This document shows positions 1 to 8,189 of a DNA stretch of 18,787 nucleotides, piece after piece. Position numbers and translations under genes: made by a program. How positions within the stretch are numbered: the first letter of the stretch is position 1; each line of letters begins with the position of its first letter. Location of the stretch: the sequence record SRR33789315_141; one strand, given 5' to 3'. Under the pieces are notes generated by a model. That model saw nothing but the letters and a program-made list of their open reading frames with translations, was not told where the DNA came from and ran no database searches.

Positions 1-798
1 GTATAAACCAGAGCCTGCTGCCAGCTCAGTTACACTTGGGTCTTTTTTTGTCAGATGAAGACTTCCAGTACCGCCGCCGTTAACAAAGGCTAATTGATGA
101 CCATAGGACTCACAAAGTTTAGTCATCGATACGCGTTTTTGAATAACTTGTCTCATTGAAGATTTCTTTAGGAAGCGGATGATAGGATTTAACATTTTCT
201 TGAATGGATTGTTGTCACCTACTCCGGCTATTTGAGCTTCATAGCCCATCACACCTTTTAAATTAAGGTGGTGACAATTTTTTAACAACTCTAGGCGATC
301 TTTCAGAATAGCTTCATCTTTTAAAGATGAGCGATAAACACCAAAGTAAATTCCAAAATGCGACGTTGATAGATCAATATCAAAACAAATATTGATTTTA
401 GTATTTAATCTTTTGGCCATTTCTTCGATGATCTCTAAATGTTCTCTTCGATCAACCATGAAGGTGATCTCATCCCATTCTTTTTTTACCGAAGTTTGCT
501 GATCAAACCAGCGCAGATAAGGATAGCCTACAACAATATCCTTAAGACCTTGTCCTGCCAGCCACTCGGCTTCATCAGGATGAAAGGCTAGTATTCCTTG
601 AAAAATTTCTGAATGGTTTTTAAGGAGTTCCTCAATGACGTAACGACAGCGAATCGATTTACTGGCGATTCTAATTTTTAAAGGCGATGCCATCGCTTTG
701 AGTTGAGCTATATTTTTTTCCAACCTATCCATATCGAGCCAAGCCAATGGCAGTGACTCATTCTCAATAAGTTTTTTAATAGCAGTATTTGTCGTCAT
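1..798 (-). CDS. Fold-type III PLP-dependent enzyme, D-threonine aldolase/D-serine dehydratase (DSD1)-like amino acid deaminase/aldolase; 3' end runs off the window
   Basis: Not in the ORF track; translated by hand from ATG 798: MTTNTAIKKLIENESLPLAWLDMDRLEKNIAQL...IRIASKSIRC (PLP Lys)...GVMGYEAQIAG...FVNGGGTGS...VTELAAGSGLY, 266 open codons to position 1. Motifs match the alanine-racemase-like DSD/D-TA subfamily. Confidence 0.88.
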   Translation of the reverse strand, partial: MTTNTAIKKLIENESLPLAWLDMDRLEKNIAQLKAMASPLKIRIASKSIRCRYVIEELLKNHSEIFQGILAFHPDEAEWLAGQGLKDIVVGYPYLRWFDQQTSVKKEWDEITFMVDRREHLEIIEEMAKRLNTKINICFDIDLSTSHFGIYFGVYRSSLKDEAILKDRLELLKNCHHLNLKGVMGYEAQIAGVGDNNPFKKMLNPIIRFLKKSSMRQVIQKRVSMTKLCESYGHQLAFVNGGGTGSLHLTKKDPSVTELAAGSGLY

Positions 799-804
799 GC
801 CGCT

Positions 805-833
805 ATTTTAAGAGAGGTGAGGTGTTAAATCCA
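805..833 (-). promoter_or_regulatory. Putative sigma-70 promoter for the PLP enzyme, possibly leaderless
   Basis: Minus strand TGGATT-N17-TAAAAT, then 6 nt (agcggc) and ATG 798; no Shine-Dalgarno visible. Confidence 0.4.
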
Positions 834-879
834 TTATTGATAATAATGCAGACGCATATACTCTGGTATAGTTCTTCCC

Positions 880-909
880 TTGGCTTGTTAGATAAAGCAA
901 TCTTATAAT
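880..909 (+). promoter_or_regulatory. Putative sigma-70 promoter for the ceramidase
   Basis: TTGGCT(880-885)-N18-TATAAT(904-909), upstream of AAGGAG and ATG 936. Confidence 0.5.
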
Positions 910-935
910 CTGCTAGCTATATGAAGGAGTGTTTG

Positions 936-2669
936 ATGTCAGATCATCAATGGTTAGTAGGTGCTGCTAAAGCCGATATTACAGCGTTTATTCCTGGCAT
1001 TGTGATGCTTGGTTACGGTAATCCACATAACACTGTGAAATACGTTCACGCACCCTTAAATGCTCGGGTCATTTGGATTGAATCTCGCAAATCTAAAGAA
1101 GTCTCTTTAATGCTTTGCTTAGAAGTCTGTTTTATAACTCAAGCCTTAACTGACTCGCTTTGGGAATTGATATCAAAAAAGTATCCTAACTTAAAACGTG
1201 ATCAAGTCATTATTACGGCACAGCATACTCATTCGGCTCCGTCTGGCTATAGTCATTATGCGCTTTATAGTATGCCGACTCCTGGCTTTTCTCAGCAGGT
1301 CCTAGATATTTTAGTCCTTGGCTGCTTTAAAGCGATAGAGCAAGCTTTCCAAAATAAACGTCCAAGTAAAATTCTCTATAAAGAAGGCCAAGTTCCATTT
1401 GATGCCGACGTGAGCTTTAATCGCTCACTTCGTGCTTATAATTTAAATCCCGAAGTTAAAACTCCATATACTAAGAAGGAGCAGTCCAAGGCAACTGATC
1501 GAACAATGCGATTACTTGAATTTGTTGATGCGCATGGGCCGTTCGCTTCATGGAATTGGTTTGCCGTTCATTGCACTAATATCATTTGGACCAATCACCA
1601 TATCTCACCTGGCAATAAAGGTTATGCGGCGACATACTTAGAAGCCGATCAATCTAAGCTACACGGTCGATCCGAGTATATAGGAGTCTTTGCGCAAGGA
1701 AACTCCGGTGATGTTTCTCCTATTCAAGAGCCACCTTTTTGGGCCCACTGGTTTAAACAACCAGACTTAAAAATGATTACTAAAGCCAAAGAAAATGGTC
1801 TTAAGCAATTTTCATGGGCCAAGAAATTTTTAACTCAAGATGGAATTGAGATCGAAGGAGAAATTGACGGGGAGCTGATCTATGTCGATTTTTCTAATAT
1901 AGAGATCGAAAAATCTCGCCTGGATGGTAAGACTTCATTTGCTTCAACTTCTCCAGCATGTTTAGGTGTTTCCTTTGCTGAAGGAGCTGAGAATGCTGGC
2001 ATCATAGATCCGATTAAATACTTTGCTCGTTTTGTCGCCAACACAATCAAAGTATGGGAATTTGCCATTATGCCTTTGCGCTCAAAGGAATGGGGCAAAC
2101 GGATTCGCTTAAAATATTCAACGCAAAAGCCGAAGCATATTTTTGTTGAAACCGGTGAAAAGAAAGTTTTGGGTACGACTCAAATTATGAGCTTAATTAT
2201 TCCAGGCTGGATTGATAAAAGTATTGGCTATTTTAAACGTATTCACCGTCAAGGTGGTGTTCATGAACACACTTGGACTCAACATGTTTTACCATTATCA
2301 ATTATACGAATTGGCTCACTATCTATGGTGAATATCCCCGCTGAGCCAACCACTATGGCCGGCAAAAGAATTAAAGAGGAACTGACTCAAATCTTAGGTG
2401 GTCAAGTTGTATTATCCCCTTATTCATTAGCTTATTGTGGTTATTTAACAACACCCGAAGAGTACGAAGCCCAATGTTATGAAGGGGGACATACCGTCTT
2501 TGGTAAATGGACCCTTCCAGCTTTTCAGCAAAATATAGTGCGACTCGCCAAAGAGTTAGCGGTTGCTAAAAACCAGAGGGTTTTAGACAAGAGTTTGCAA
2601 CCTCCTCAATTTACGAAGTATGAATTATCTATTCGAAGTTTTGAAACACCAGCTCTTGACCAGCACTGA
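936..2669 (+). CDS. Neutral/alkaline non-lysosomal ceramidase, catalytic N-terminal domain; no signal peptide and no C-terminal Ig-like domain evident
   Basis: Family motifs G-x-A-K-A-D-I-T, MLGYG, HTHSAP, NRS, FAVHCT, NKGYA, GDVSP, PAEPTTMAG, GYLTTPEEY, QCYEGGHT. Start moved from 921 to 936 because AAGGAG (924-929) is an SD for ATG 936. Confidence 0.9.
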   Translation: MSDHQWLVGAAKADITAFIPGIVMLGYGNPHNTVKYVHAPLNARVIWIESRKSKEVSLMLCLEVCFITQALTDSLWELISKKYPNLKRDQVIITAQHTHSAPSGYSHYALYSMPTPGFSQQVLDILVLGCFKAIEQAFQNKRPSKILYKEGQVPFDADVSFNRSLRAYNLNPEVKTPYTKKEQSKATDRTMRLLEFVDAHGPFASWNWFAVHCTNIIWTNHHISPGNKGYAATYLEADQSKLHGRSEYIGVFAQGNSGDVSPIQEPPFWAHWFKQPDLKMITKAKENGLKQFSWAKKFLTQDGIEIEGEIDGELIYVDFSNIEIEKSRLDGKTSFASTSPACLGVSFAEGAENAGIIDPIKYFARFVANTIKVWEFAIMPLRSKEWGKRIRLKYSTQKPKHIFVETGEKKVLGTTQIMSLIIPGWIDKSIGYFKRIHRQGGVHEHTWTQHVLPLSIIRIGSLSMVNIPAEPTTMAGKRIKEELTQILGGQVVLSPYSLAYCGYLTTPEEYEAQCYEGGHTVFGKWTLPAFQQNIVRLAKELAVAKNQRVLDKSLQPPQFTKYELSIRSFETPALDQH

Positions 2670-2705
2670 TTAGATCGACAAACTTGTTTCAGTCTAGGAG
2701 GTCGC

Positions 2706-3188
2706 ATGAAGCGATTAGTGGCCATAGGATTGGCTCTTTTATCAATGAATCTATTTGCATCAAATATCAAGCTTGTTTTATCTCCGCTCGATGAAGTAGT
2801 GGCAGTTAGTGATATTAGTTTGTCACAAATTCAAGCGAAGATTTATTGTCATTTCCAAGATCCACAATCTAAAAAATCAGTCACTAGAGAACGCTATGTC
2901 CTTACTCGATTGGATCGTATTGAAGAGGGCCGTTATAGAGTTCGAACTGGTAAGGCGAATTTGAATGCATGGGTGCCTGAATACGATCTGACGGGTTGTG
3001 GTTATAACCTGATAACACTTGGAGAGGATCTTGATGGCAATCCGCTTATTGGAGAGATTGTGCTACTTGATTCTGGTCTAGGAAAGAAAAACGCTAACTC
3101 CAAACTAAAAAAGAAATTAGCAGCTCTTTTAGTAGGTAAACTGGGCGAGCGTGATAACGCCTATCTTGGCGACATCATTCAAGACTAA
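2706..3188 (+). CDS. Secreted hypothetical protein, 160 aa
   Basis: SD AGGAGG, Sec signal MKRLVAIGLALLSMNLFA, two Cys (possible disulfide); no family recognised. Confidence 0.75.
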   Translation: MKRLVAIGLALLSMNLFASNIKLVLSPLDEVVAVSDISLSQIQAKIYCHFQDPQSKKSVTRERYVLTRLDRIEEGRYRVRTGKANLNAWVPEYDLTGCGYNLITLGEDLDGNPLIGEIVLLDSGLGKKNANSKLKKKLAALLVGKLGERDNAYLGDIIQD

Positions 3189-4094
3189 TTACTTACACTT
3201 ATTTGAATTTAATAAACTTTGCGCTGGTTTTTGATATGTCATAGCAAAGGGTAGCGTTAACACCATTCCAAAACGTTTAACCTGGAACCACATTTTATAC
3301 TGACCAGTTTGAAGCTCATCAATATGAGAATCAAAAGGGTAGTCAAACTCTGAGGCCGTAGCAATTGGTAAAAAGGCATGCAGGTGCTGAAATCTGAGTT
3401 GCTCAAATGGACGCTTTGAATTTTCAATCATTACCGCATGTCCACCCATCTCAAGCCATTTTTCAAATCCCTCAGCAGCAACCCATTCACCATTTTCTAA
3501 TTGTTTTTTGATATTAAGATAAAACTTTGGAACCCAGCGATCACAAAAGTCATAGGTTTCATAATCGAGAATAGCTTTTAAATTTTCTCCATTTTGGGTG
3601 AAGTCATACTCAATGCCGCGATTGGCATCTGGCCAGCTTGTATCAGCACTTGGACCACCTCGTGCTCCATCAGCATAAATCTGATGCCTAGTCGTTACCA
3701 TCACCATTTCGCCACCATCGTGATTGTGAGGCATCGTTTCTGTGAAAAGATAATATTCACCAAACCAAGGGATTGATTCAGCAAGTGCTTGGTTGTCAGG
3801 GTCTGAACTTGTGCCATTGATATTTAATTTAAAGACACCTTTTTTCATATCAAAGTCTGGATGGACATGAGCAAAATGGGATAAATCTTTATTGACGATA
3901 ATCGTATGCATAAGTTTTCCGTGCATACGGTGAAACATCTTATGATTCATGCCATTTGGCATTTTGTATGAAATTTTAAAGTCTGCAACTTGCGATGCAT
4001 GCATCCTCATTTGCTGATCATCATTTAGTGTTGCTACGGGACTAAGTGCCCCGTAAGCCGTATTGATCAATAACAAAAGTAAGATGTATTTCAA
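3189..4094 (-). CDS. Secreted His/Met-rich putative heavy-metal (Cu) binding protein with two repeated H-x-H domains
   Basis: TTG start with SD GAGG; signal peptide; HGKLMHTIIVNKDLSHFAHVHP...GEYYLF and LEMGGHAVMI...FQHLHA...GQYKMWFQVKR, the internally repeated pattern of a widespread secreted metal-associated family; 15 His. Confidence 0.7.
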   Translation of the reverse strand: MKYILLLLLINTAYGALSPVATLNDDQQMRMHASQVADFKISYKMPNGMNHKMFHRMHGKLMHTIIVNKDLSHFAHVHPDFDMKKGVFKLNINGTSSDPDNQALAESIPWFGEYYLFTETMPHNHDGGEMVMVTTRHQIYADGARGGPSADTSWPDANRGIEYDFTQNGENLKAILDYETYDFCDRWVPKFYLNIKKQLENGEWVAAEGFEKWLEMGGHAVMIENSKRPFEQLRFQHLHAFLPIATASEFDYPFDSHIDELQTGQYKMWFQVKRFGMVLTLPFAMTYQKPAQSLLNSNKCK

Positions 4095-4105
4095 GTGAAC
4101 CTCAA

Positions 4106-5137
4106 TTATTCGCGTGCGCTGTCATGTTGAAAAATATAAAGACCTTCTTCAATTGAGCTAGCTAAAATTTTTCCTGATTTAAAGAAGGGAAAAGCTCCCC
4201 AAACAGATACAAATCCTGTTTGTGAACGTTCACCTTCTTGCCAAAAAGCGACTTCGTTCATCGATGCAGGGTTACTGACGTCGTAGATACGAAGACCTGA
4301 GCCATAGTGTGATACAAAAGCATAATCACCCTTGATATGAACATTGTGAGCAAGTGAGCCTGGTGCTAAAATTTCACCAACTTTTTGTACACTTCTAAGA
4401 TCACTGAGATCAAACATCTTCATGGTCTTGCCGCTATTTTCTTCAGTCGTCATGAGGTAGCGGTTATCAGTTGTAGGCCATGCATTGTGAACATAACCCG
4501 CTCGTTGAATTTGAAAACGCTTAACTAGAGTAGGATTGGCAGGATCATCGTAGTTAAAAATTCCGATTGTTCCGTGTCCACCCTCAGATACATAAACGAG
4601 TCCATCTCTAGCAAAAATGTCGTGACATTCAACTCCAAGAAAAGAAAGTTTAGTTGGTGCTAGTGGGTTTTCTAATGAATAAAGTTTTACAGGCTGGGCA
4701 TGATCGCCTTCAGCAAATAAAATTTTACGTTCTGTATCGATCCATAAATTATGTGAAGTTGAAAAATCGGTGAAGGTTGTTGCTAGTGTCGCAACTTCCG
4801 GAAGCTTTGAAAGATCAATGATTTGCATCCCGCCGCCTGACTCGTTGACGACATAGGCATAATGACCAAGAGTTTTAATATCTTTCCATGTCGATCGATT
4901 CGAAGGAATGAATGAGATTTCTTTTGGTGATGAAGCATCAGTAATATCAATAATTGCTGTGCCGTCAACAACACCAAGCAAGGCGTATTCTCTTTGGTCT
5001 GGTGAGGTATAGCCCCAGACATCATTGTATTCTATATTTCTATCGTATTTAAATTTTGCTAGGGGAGTTAGTCGTTGTGATGCCTCCGCGCCAAGAGATA
5101 GTAACAACACCACTACAGTCAGTAACAGTACCTTCAT
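4106..5137 (-). CDS. Choice-of-anchor B family / LVIVD-repeat beta-propeller, secreted
   Basis: Signal peptide; NDVWGY...REYALLG...GTAIIDIT, WKDIK, YAYVVNE...GMQIIDLS, SHN, CHD, YVHNAW, AHN, SHYGSGLRIYDVSNP, WGAFPFF-SG typical of this family; no C-terminal sorting domain. Confidence 0.88.
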   Translation of the reverse strand: MKVLLLTVVVLLLSLGAEASQRLTPLAKFKYDRNIEYNDVWGYTSPDQREYALLGVVDGTAIIDITDASSPKEISFIPSNRSTWKDIKTLGHYAYVVNESGGGMQIIDLSKLPEVATLATTFTDFSTSHNLWIDTERKILFAEGDHAQPVKLYSLENPLAPTKLSFLGVECHDIFARDGLVYVSEGGHGTIGIFNYDDPANPTLVKRFQIQRAGYVHNAWPTTDNRYLMTTEENSGKTMKMFDLSDLRSVQKVGEILAPGSLAHNVHIKGDYAFVSHYGSGLRIYDVSNPASMNEVAFWQEGERSQTGFVSVWGAFPFFKSGKILASSIEEGLYIFQHDSARE

Positions 5138-5210
5138 TAAACACTTCCTATGTGAATGAGTAACTGATCAATGTTATTGGACTAAATAGATTTTGGCATT
5201 AGCTGTAAGA

Positions 5211-5243
5211 AGAAATAAGAAAGCCCCAGAAAACTGGGGCTTT
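5211..5243 (-). terminator. Intrinsic terminator downstream of the S8 protease gene
   Basis: AAAGCCCCAG-aaaa-CTGGGGCTTT perfect hairpin (5220-5243), followed on the minus strand by T-rich CTTATTTCT. Confidence 0.75.
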
Positions 5244-5271
5244 ATAGTCAGGCATCAGAATTTAACCGGAA

Positions 5272-6585
5272 TTACTCTGCGGAAAGAATCTGATAAGCAC
5301 CTTGTACATTTAGTTTACCACCGCTTACTGTTTTGCCGCGAAGGCTTGGCAGTTTTTCACTACCATCGAGCAATGCTTGTTTTACACGTAAAGCTGTGGC
5401 CGCTGGATTTGCTTTAGCAGCATCGCCTAATCCATCAACAGCTGCATAAAGTAGAGCAATTGTTCCAGCAACATGTGGCGTGGACATTGAAGTTCCAGTC
5501 AATGATCCAGTTCTATTACCTGGAAGAGTAGATAAAATATCTGTTCCAGGTGCAGCCAGATCAATACCGACGGCACCATAACCTGAATATTGATATTTTT
5601 CATTATCGATAGTCGTGTTTGTAACTGTGACTAGATAAGGACTTGTACATCCTGTAGGTACATCACCCATTTTATCGATATCTACTTGATCATTGATTGT
5701 GGCAGCTGCTGATAAAATTCCAGCTTCTCCCATGGCAGTATAAACATCATTCCAAAGTCTATAGTCACCACTATCACAACGAGCGCGATCAACGCCAAAA
5801 CTTGAGTTTGTTACTACAACATTGGCACCTTTTGAGCCGTTACTATCTAGCCAAAGTTGTTTTTGAGCTAGTACGTAACCATATCCTTCAAGTACAACTG
5901 ATGTTGTTGAAGAAGAAGCTCCGACACCCATAATTTTGACGTTCCAATTAACACCAGCAACATCACGACCATTATCGCCACGAGCGCCAACGATGCCCGC
6001 TACATGAGTTCCATGTCTTGAAGCAATTAAATCACCATTTGATTGGTAAGCGTTCCAGCCGTGAACATCATCAATATAACCATTATTATCGTCATCAATT
6101 CCATTGCCTGGTATTTCTCTGGTGTTAGTCCAAATATTTTGCTTTAGATCAGCATGTGATACATCAACGCCTTCATCGACAACAGCGACCACATAATCGT
6201 GTGAGCCAACACTTTTTTGCCATACATTTTCAATATTAATATCTGCGCCGTTGTTTTGACGGGCCATGCTCCACTGCGCAGAAAAATCAGGATCATTTGG
6301 CTGCTTTGCTTTTCTAAGACTAACTTCTTCTTCGTAAGTTATAGAATCAATTCCACTAAAACTTTTTAAAGACTGAATTGATTCAAATCCCTGTGGTGCT
6401 TCAACTAGGTAAATGCCAAGTGCGGGAATAACAGCTTTGATAACTGAAAATCCATTATCTTCTAAAGACTCAACAGTCATATTTTTTTGTAATTTTATAA
6501 CAAATTGACCAGGTATTCTTTCGGCGCGAACGTTAGTGGCAAAAGCCATGAGCGCAAGCAGTGCTAAACTAGCAGGTATATTCAC
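5272..6585 (-). CDS. Secreted S8 (subtilisin-like) serine peptidase with propeptide
   Basis: GTG start with SD AAGGAG; signal peptide; triad VAVVDEG / HGTHVAG / GTSMSTPHVAG; IPGNGIDDDNNGYIDDVHGWN insertion; IDLAAPG. Confidence 0.95.
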   Translation of the reverse strand: MNIPASLALLALMAFATNVRAERIPGQFVIKLQKNMTVESLEDNGFSVIKAVIPALGIYLVEAPQGFESIQSLKSFSGIDSITYEEEVSLRKAKQPNDPDFSAQWSMARQNNGADINIENVWQKSVGSHDYVVAVVDEGVDVSHADLKQNIWTNTREIPGNGIDDDNNGYIDDVHGWNAYQSNGDLIASRHGTHVAGIVGARGDNGRDVAGVNWNVKIMGVGASSSTTSVVLEGYGYVLAQKQLWLDSNGSKGANVVVTNSSFGVDRARCDSGDYRLWNDVYTAMGEAGILSAAATINDQVDIDKMGDVPTGCTSPYLVTVTNTTIDNEKYQYSGYGAVGIDLAAPGTDILSTLPGNRTGSLTGTSMSTPHVAGTIALLYAAVDGLGDAAKANPAATALRVKQALLDGSEKLPSLRGKTVSGGKLNVQGAYQILSAE

Positions 6586-6701
6586 CGCGATTCTCCTTGA
6601 GACGACGTAAACTAAATGTCGGATAAAGGCTTATCGAATGAATAAGGTGAAGCTTGTTTTTTGGAGAGTGTTAAGATGAATTAGGGAAGAATATTCTGGC
6701 G

Positions 6702-6727
6702 AAAAAAAGGCGGTCTTAAAGACCGCC
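6702..6727 (-). terminator. Intrinsic terminator downstream of the OMP gene
   Basis: GGCGGTCT-taa-AGACCGCC hairpin (6709-6727) with A7 at 6702-6708 (U7 on minus strand), 9 nt past the stop. Confidence 0.85.
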
Positions 6728-6736
6728 GTTGTATTT

Positions 6737-7315
6737 TTAGATATCTAGTGGCAGGGAAACCGATAGCATTACTTGGTTATAGTCAATTTCACTATTTCCT
6801 GAAAGTGTAGACTTTAGTCCAGATGAGTTGTCTTTGAATTCATCAAAAGTCATCATTCTATATTCAAGGTTTAAGCTTACAAAAGGAAGTCCTGTAAAGC
6901 CAACACCCAGACCATAGCCACTTCCGTTATACTCGTCACCAATTGATGCTCCACTTTGGATCTCGATTGATGTGCTCATATAGTATGCGGCCCAAGCACG
7001 AAGCATGACCGGCAAGTTGTAACCTACAAAAAGTCCAAATGTGCTTTGGTCAGCATCCTGTTTGAAAGTCGTAGTTCCTGACTTTGTTTCAAAATCAGAC
7101 TCTGAACCCATAGTGTAATCAATACCAAACATTAGACCAAGTGTTTGATAGCCAAGTCGTGCACCTAAAAAGGGAGAGTTTTGATCATATTCAGTTTTTA
7201 CAGATGCACTATTTTCACCAGAGCCGATGCTATAACCTAAATAGGGTTCGATGAGAAAGCCTGCTTGAGCACTAGAAGCCGATAGAATTAAGAATAGACA
7301 TAGTATTTTCTTCAT
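6737..7315 (-). CDS. Small outer-membrane beta-barrel protein (OmpA/OmpW-like, about 8 strands)
   Basis: Start moved to ATG 7315 (SD GGAGG); signal MKKILCLFLILSASSAQA; amphipathic strands GFLIEPYLGY, GARLGY, GYGLGVGF, VSLNLEYR and terminal MLSVSLPLDI. Confidence 0.85.
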   Translation of the reverse strand: MKKILCLFLILSASSAQAGFLIEPYLGYSIGSGENSASVKTEYDQNSPFLGARLGYQTLGLMFGIDYTMGSESDFETKSGTTTFKQDADQSTFGLFVGYNLPVMLRAWAAYYMSTSIEIQSGASIGDEYNGSGYGLGVGFTGLPFVSLNLEYRMMTFDEFKDNSSGLKSTLSGNSEIDYNQVMLSVSLPLDI

Positions 7316-7426
7316 AGGTTCCTCCATGATTTGAGTTAGGTGCAATTCCATTGTCCCGCTTCCACTATGACATATCAAGTGAAAGCTTCAATATAGGTTT
7401 GTAATATAGAAAGGGGTGTCTAGAAT

Positions 7427-8137
7427 TTAGACACAGAGCTCTTCATTAATATGCTTGATTACTGTTTGGTATTTGAATTGTAGAAGCAATTGTCTGGCTT
7501 TGATGTTGATAATTTCATCTTCTGTTAGTAGATACTTTCTATCGTTAGCAGTGATGAAGTCTCTCATTTTTGACATAACAATGGCCGCAGCGACAGAAAT
7601 ATTAAAAGACTCGGTAAAGCCAACTGTAGGAATAATTGTACATTCATCAACGAGTTCTAAAGTTTCAGGTGTAACACCTTTCTTTTCATTGCCAAAAACA
7701 AATGCGCGAGGTTTTGATAAATCAAGCTGATCAAATGGAATAGCATCTGATCTAAGAGCAGTGGCGCAAATGGTGTAACCTTTCTTTTTTAAGTCGCTAT
7801 AACAATCACTCGGTCCCTGATAAGTATCGATGGTTACCCACTTATCAGCACCACTTGTGACCCTGGAAGATGATTTAAATTTTTGACTTGGAATATTAGC
7901 CATTTTAGGAAATCCTAAAATTTCTGCTGATCTCATAACAGCATTAATATTACCGACATCATGTATATTCTCCATGACGGGAATACAGTGTTTTGAGCGA
8001 TGATTTAAAACATGGTTTAGTTTAGCGAGGCGAGTTTCTGTAAGGAGAGGTTCGAGGCACTTAACAATAGTGGCAGGCGAGTACTGCTTACCATGCATCA
8101 GATAATTTCCATCACGAGTTAGGGCAAGTGCTGTCAT
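7427..8137 (-). CDS. trmH: TrmH/SpoU family tRNA (guanosine-18 2'-O)-methyltransferase
   Basis: SPOUT motifs ENIHDVGNINAVMRSAE, GADKW, FVFGNEKKGV, IIPTVGFTESFNISVAAA; start moved to ATG 8137 (SD AAGGAG). Confidence 0.88.
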   Translation of the reverse strand: MTALALTRDGNYLMHGKQYSPATIVKCLEPLLTETRLAKLNHVLNHRSKHCIPVMENIHDVGNINAVMRSAEILGFPKMANIPSQKFKSSSRVTSGADKWVTIDTYQGPSDCYSDLKKKGYTICATALRSDAIPFDQLDLSKPRAFVFGNEKKGVTPETLELVDECTIIPTVGFTESFNISVAAAIVMSKMRDFITANDRKYLLTEDEIINIKARQLLLQFKYQTVIKHINEELCV

Positions 8138-8166
8138 TGACGTCTCCTTTGAAAACCACGCATAAT
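8137..8166 (+). promoter_or_regulatory. Putative sigma-70 promoter for the trmB-like gene
   Basis: TTGACG(8137-8142)-N18-CATAAT(8161-8166), overlapping the trmH start and SD on the opposite strand. Confidence 0.4.
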
Positions 8167-8189
8167 GCCAAAAACTTTGGATTTTGGCC

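Noticed and set aside
6060-6125. Asp/Asn-rich quasi-repeat (GNGIDDDNNGYIDD) in the S8 gene
   Set aside because: A common insertion in this subtilase subfamily, not a novel repeat.
6616-6657. Possible sigma-28 promoter upstream of the S8 protease (minus ACAA-N15-TTCGATAA, and a nearby TCCGACAT)
   Set aside because: Several mismatches in both boxes; plausible but too weak to call without TSS data.
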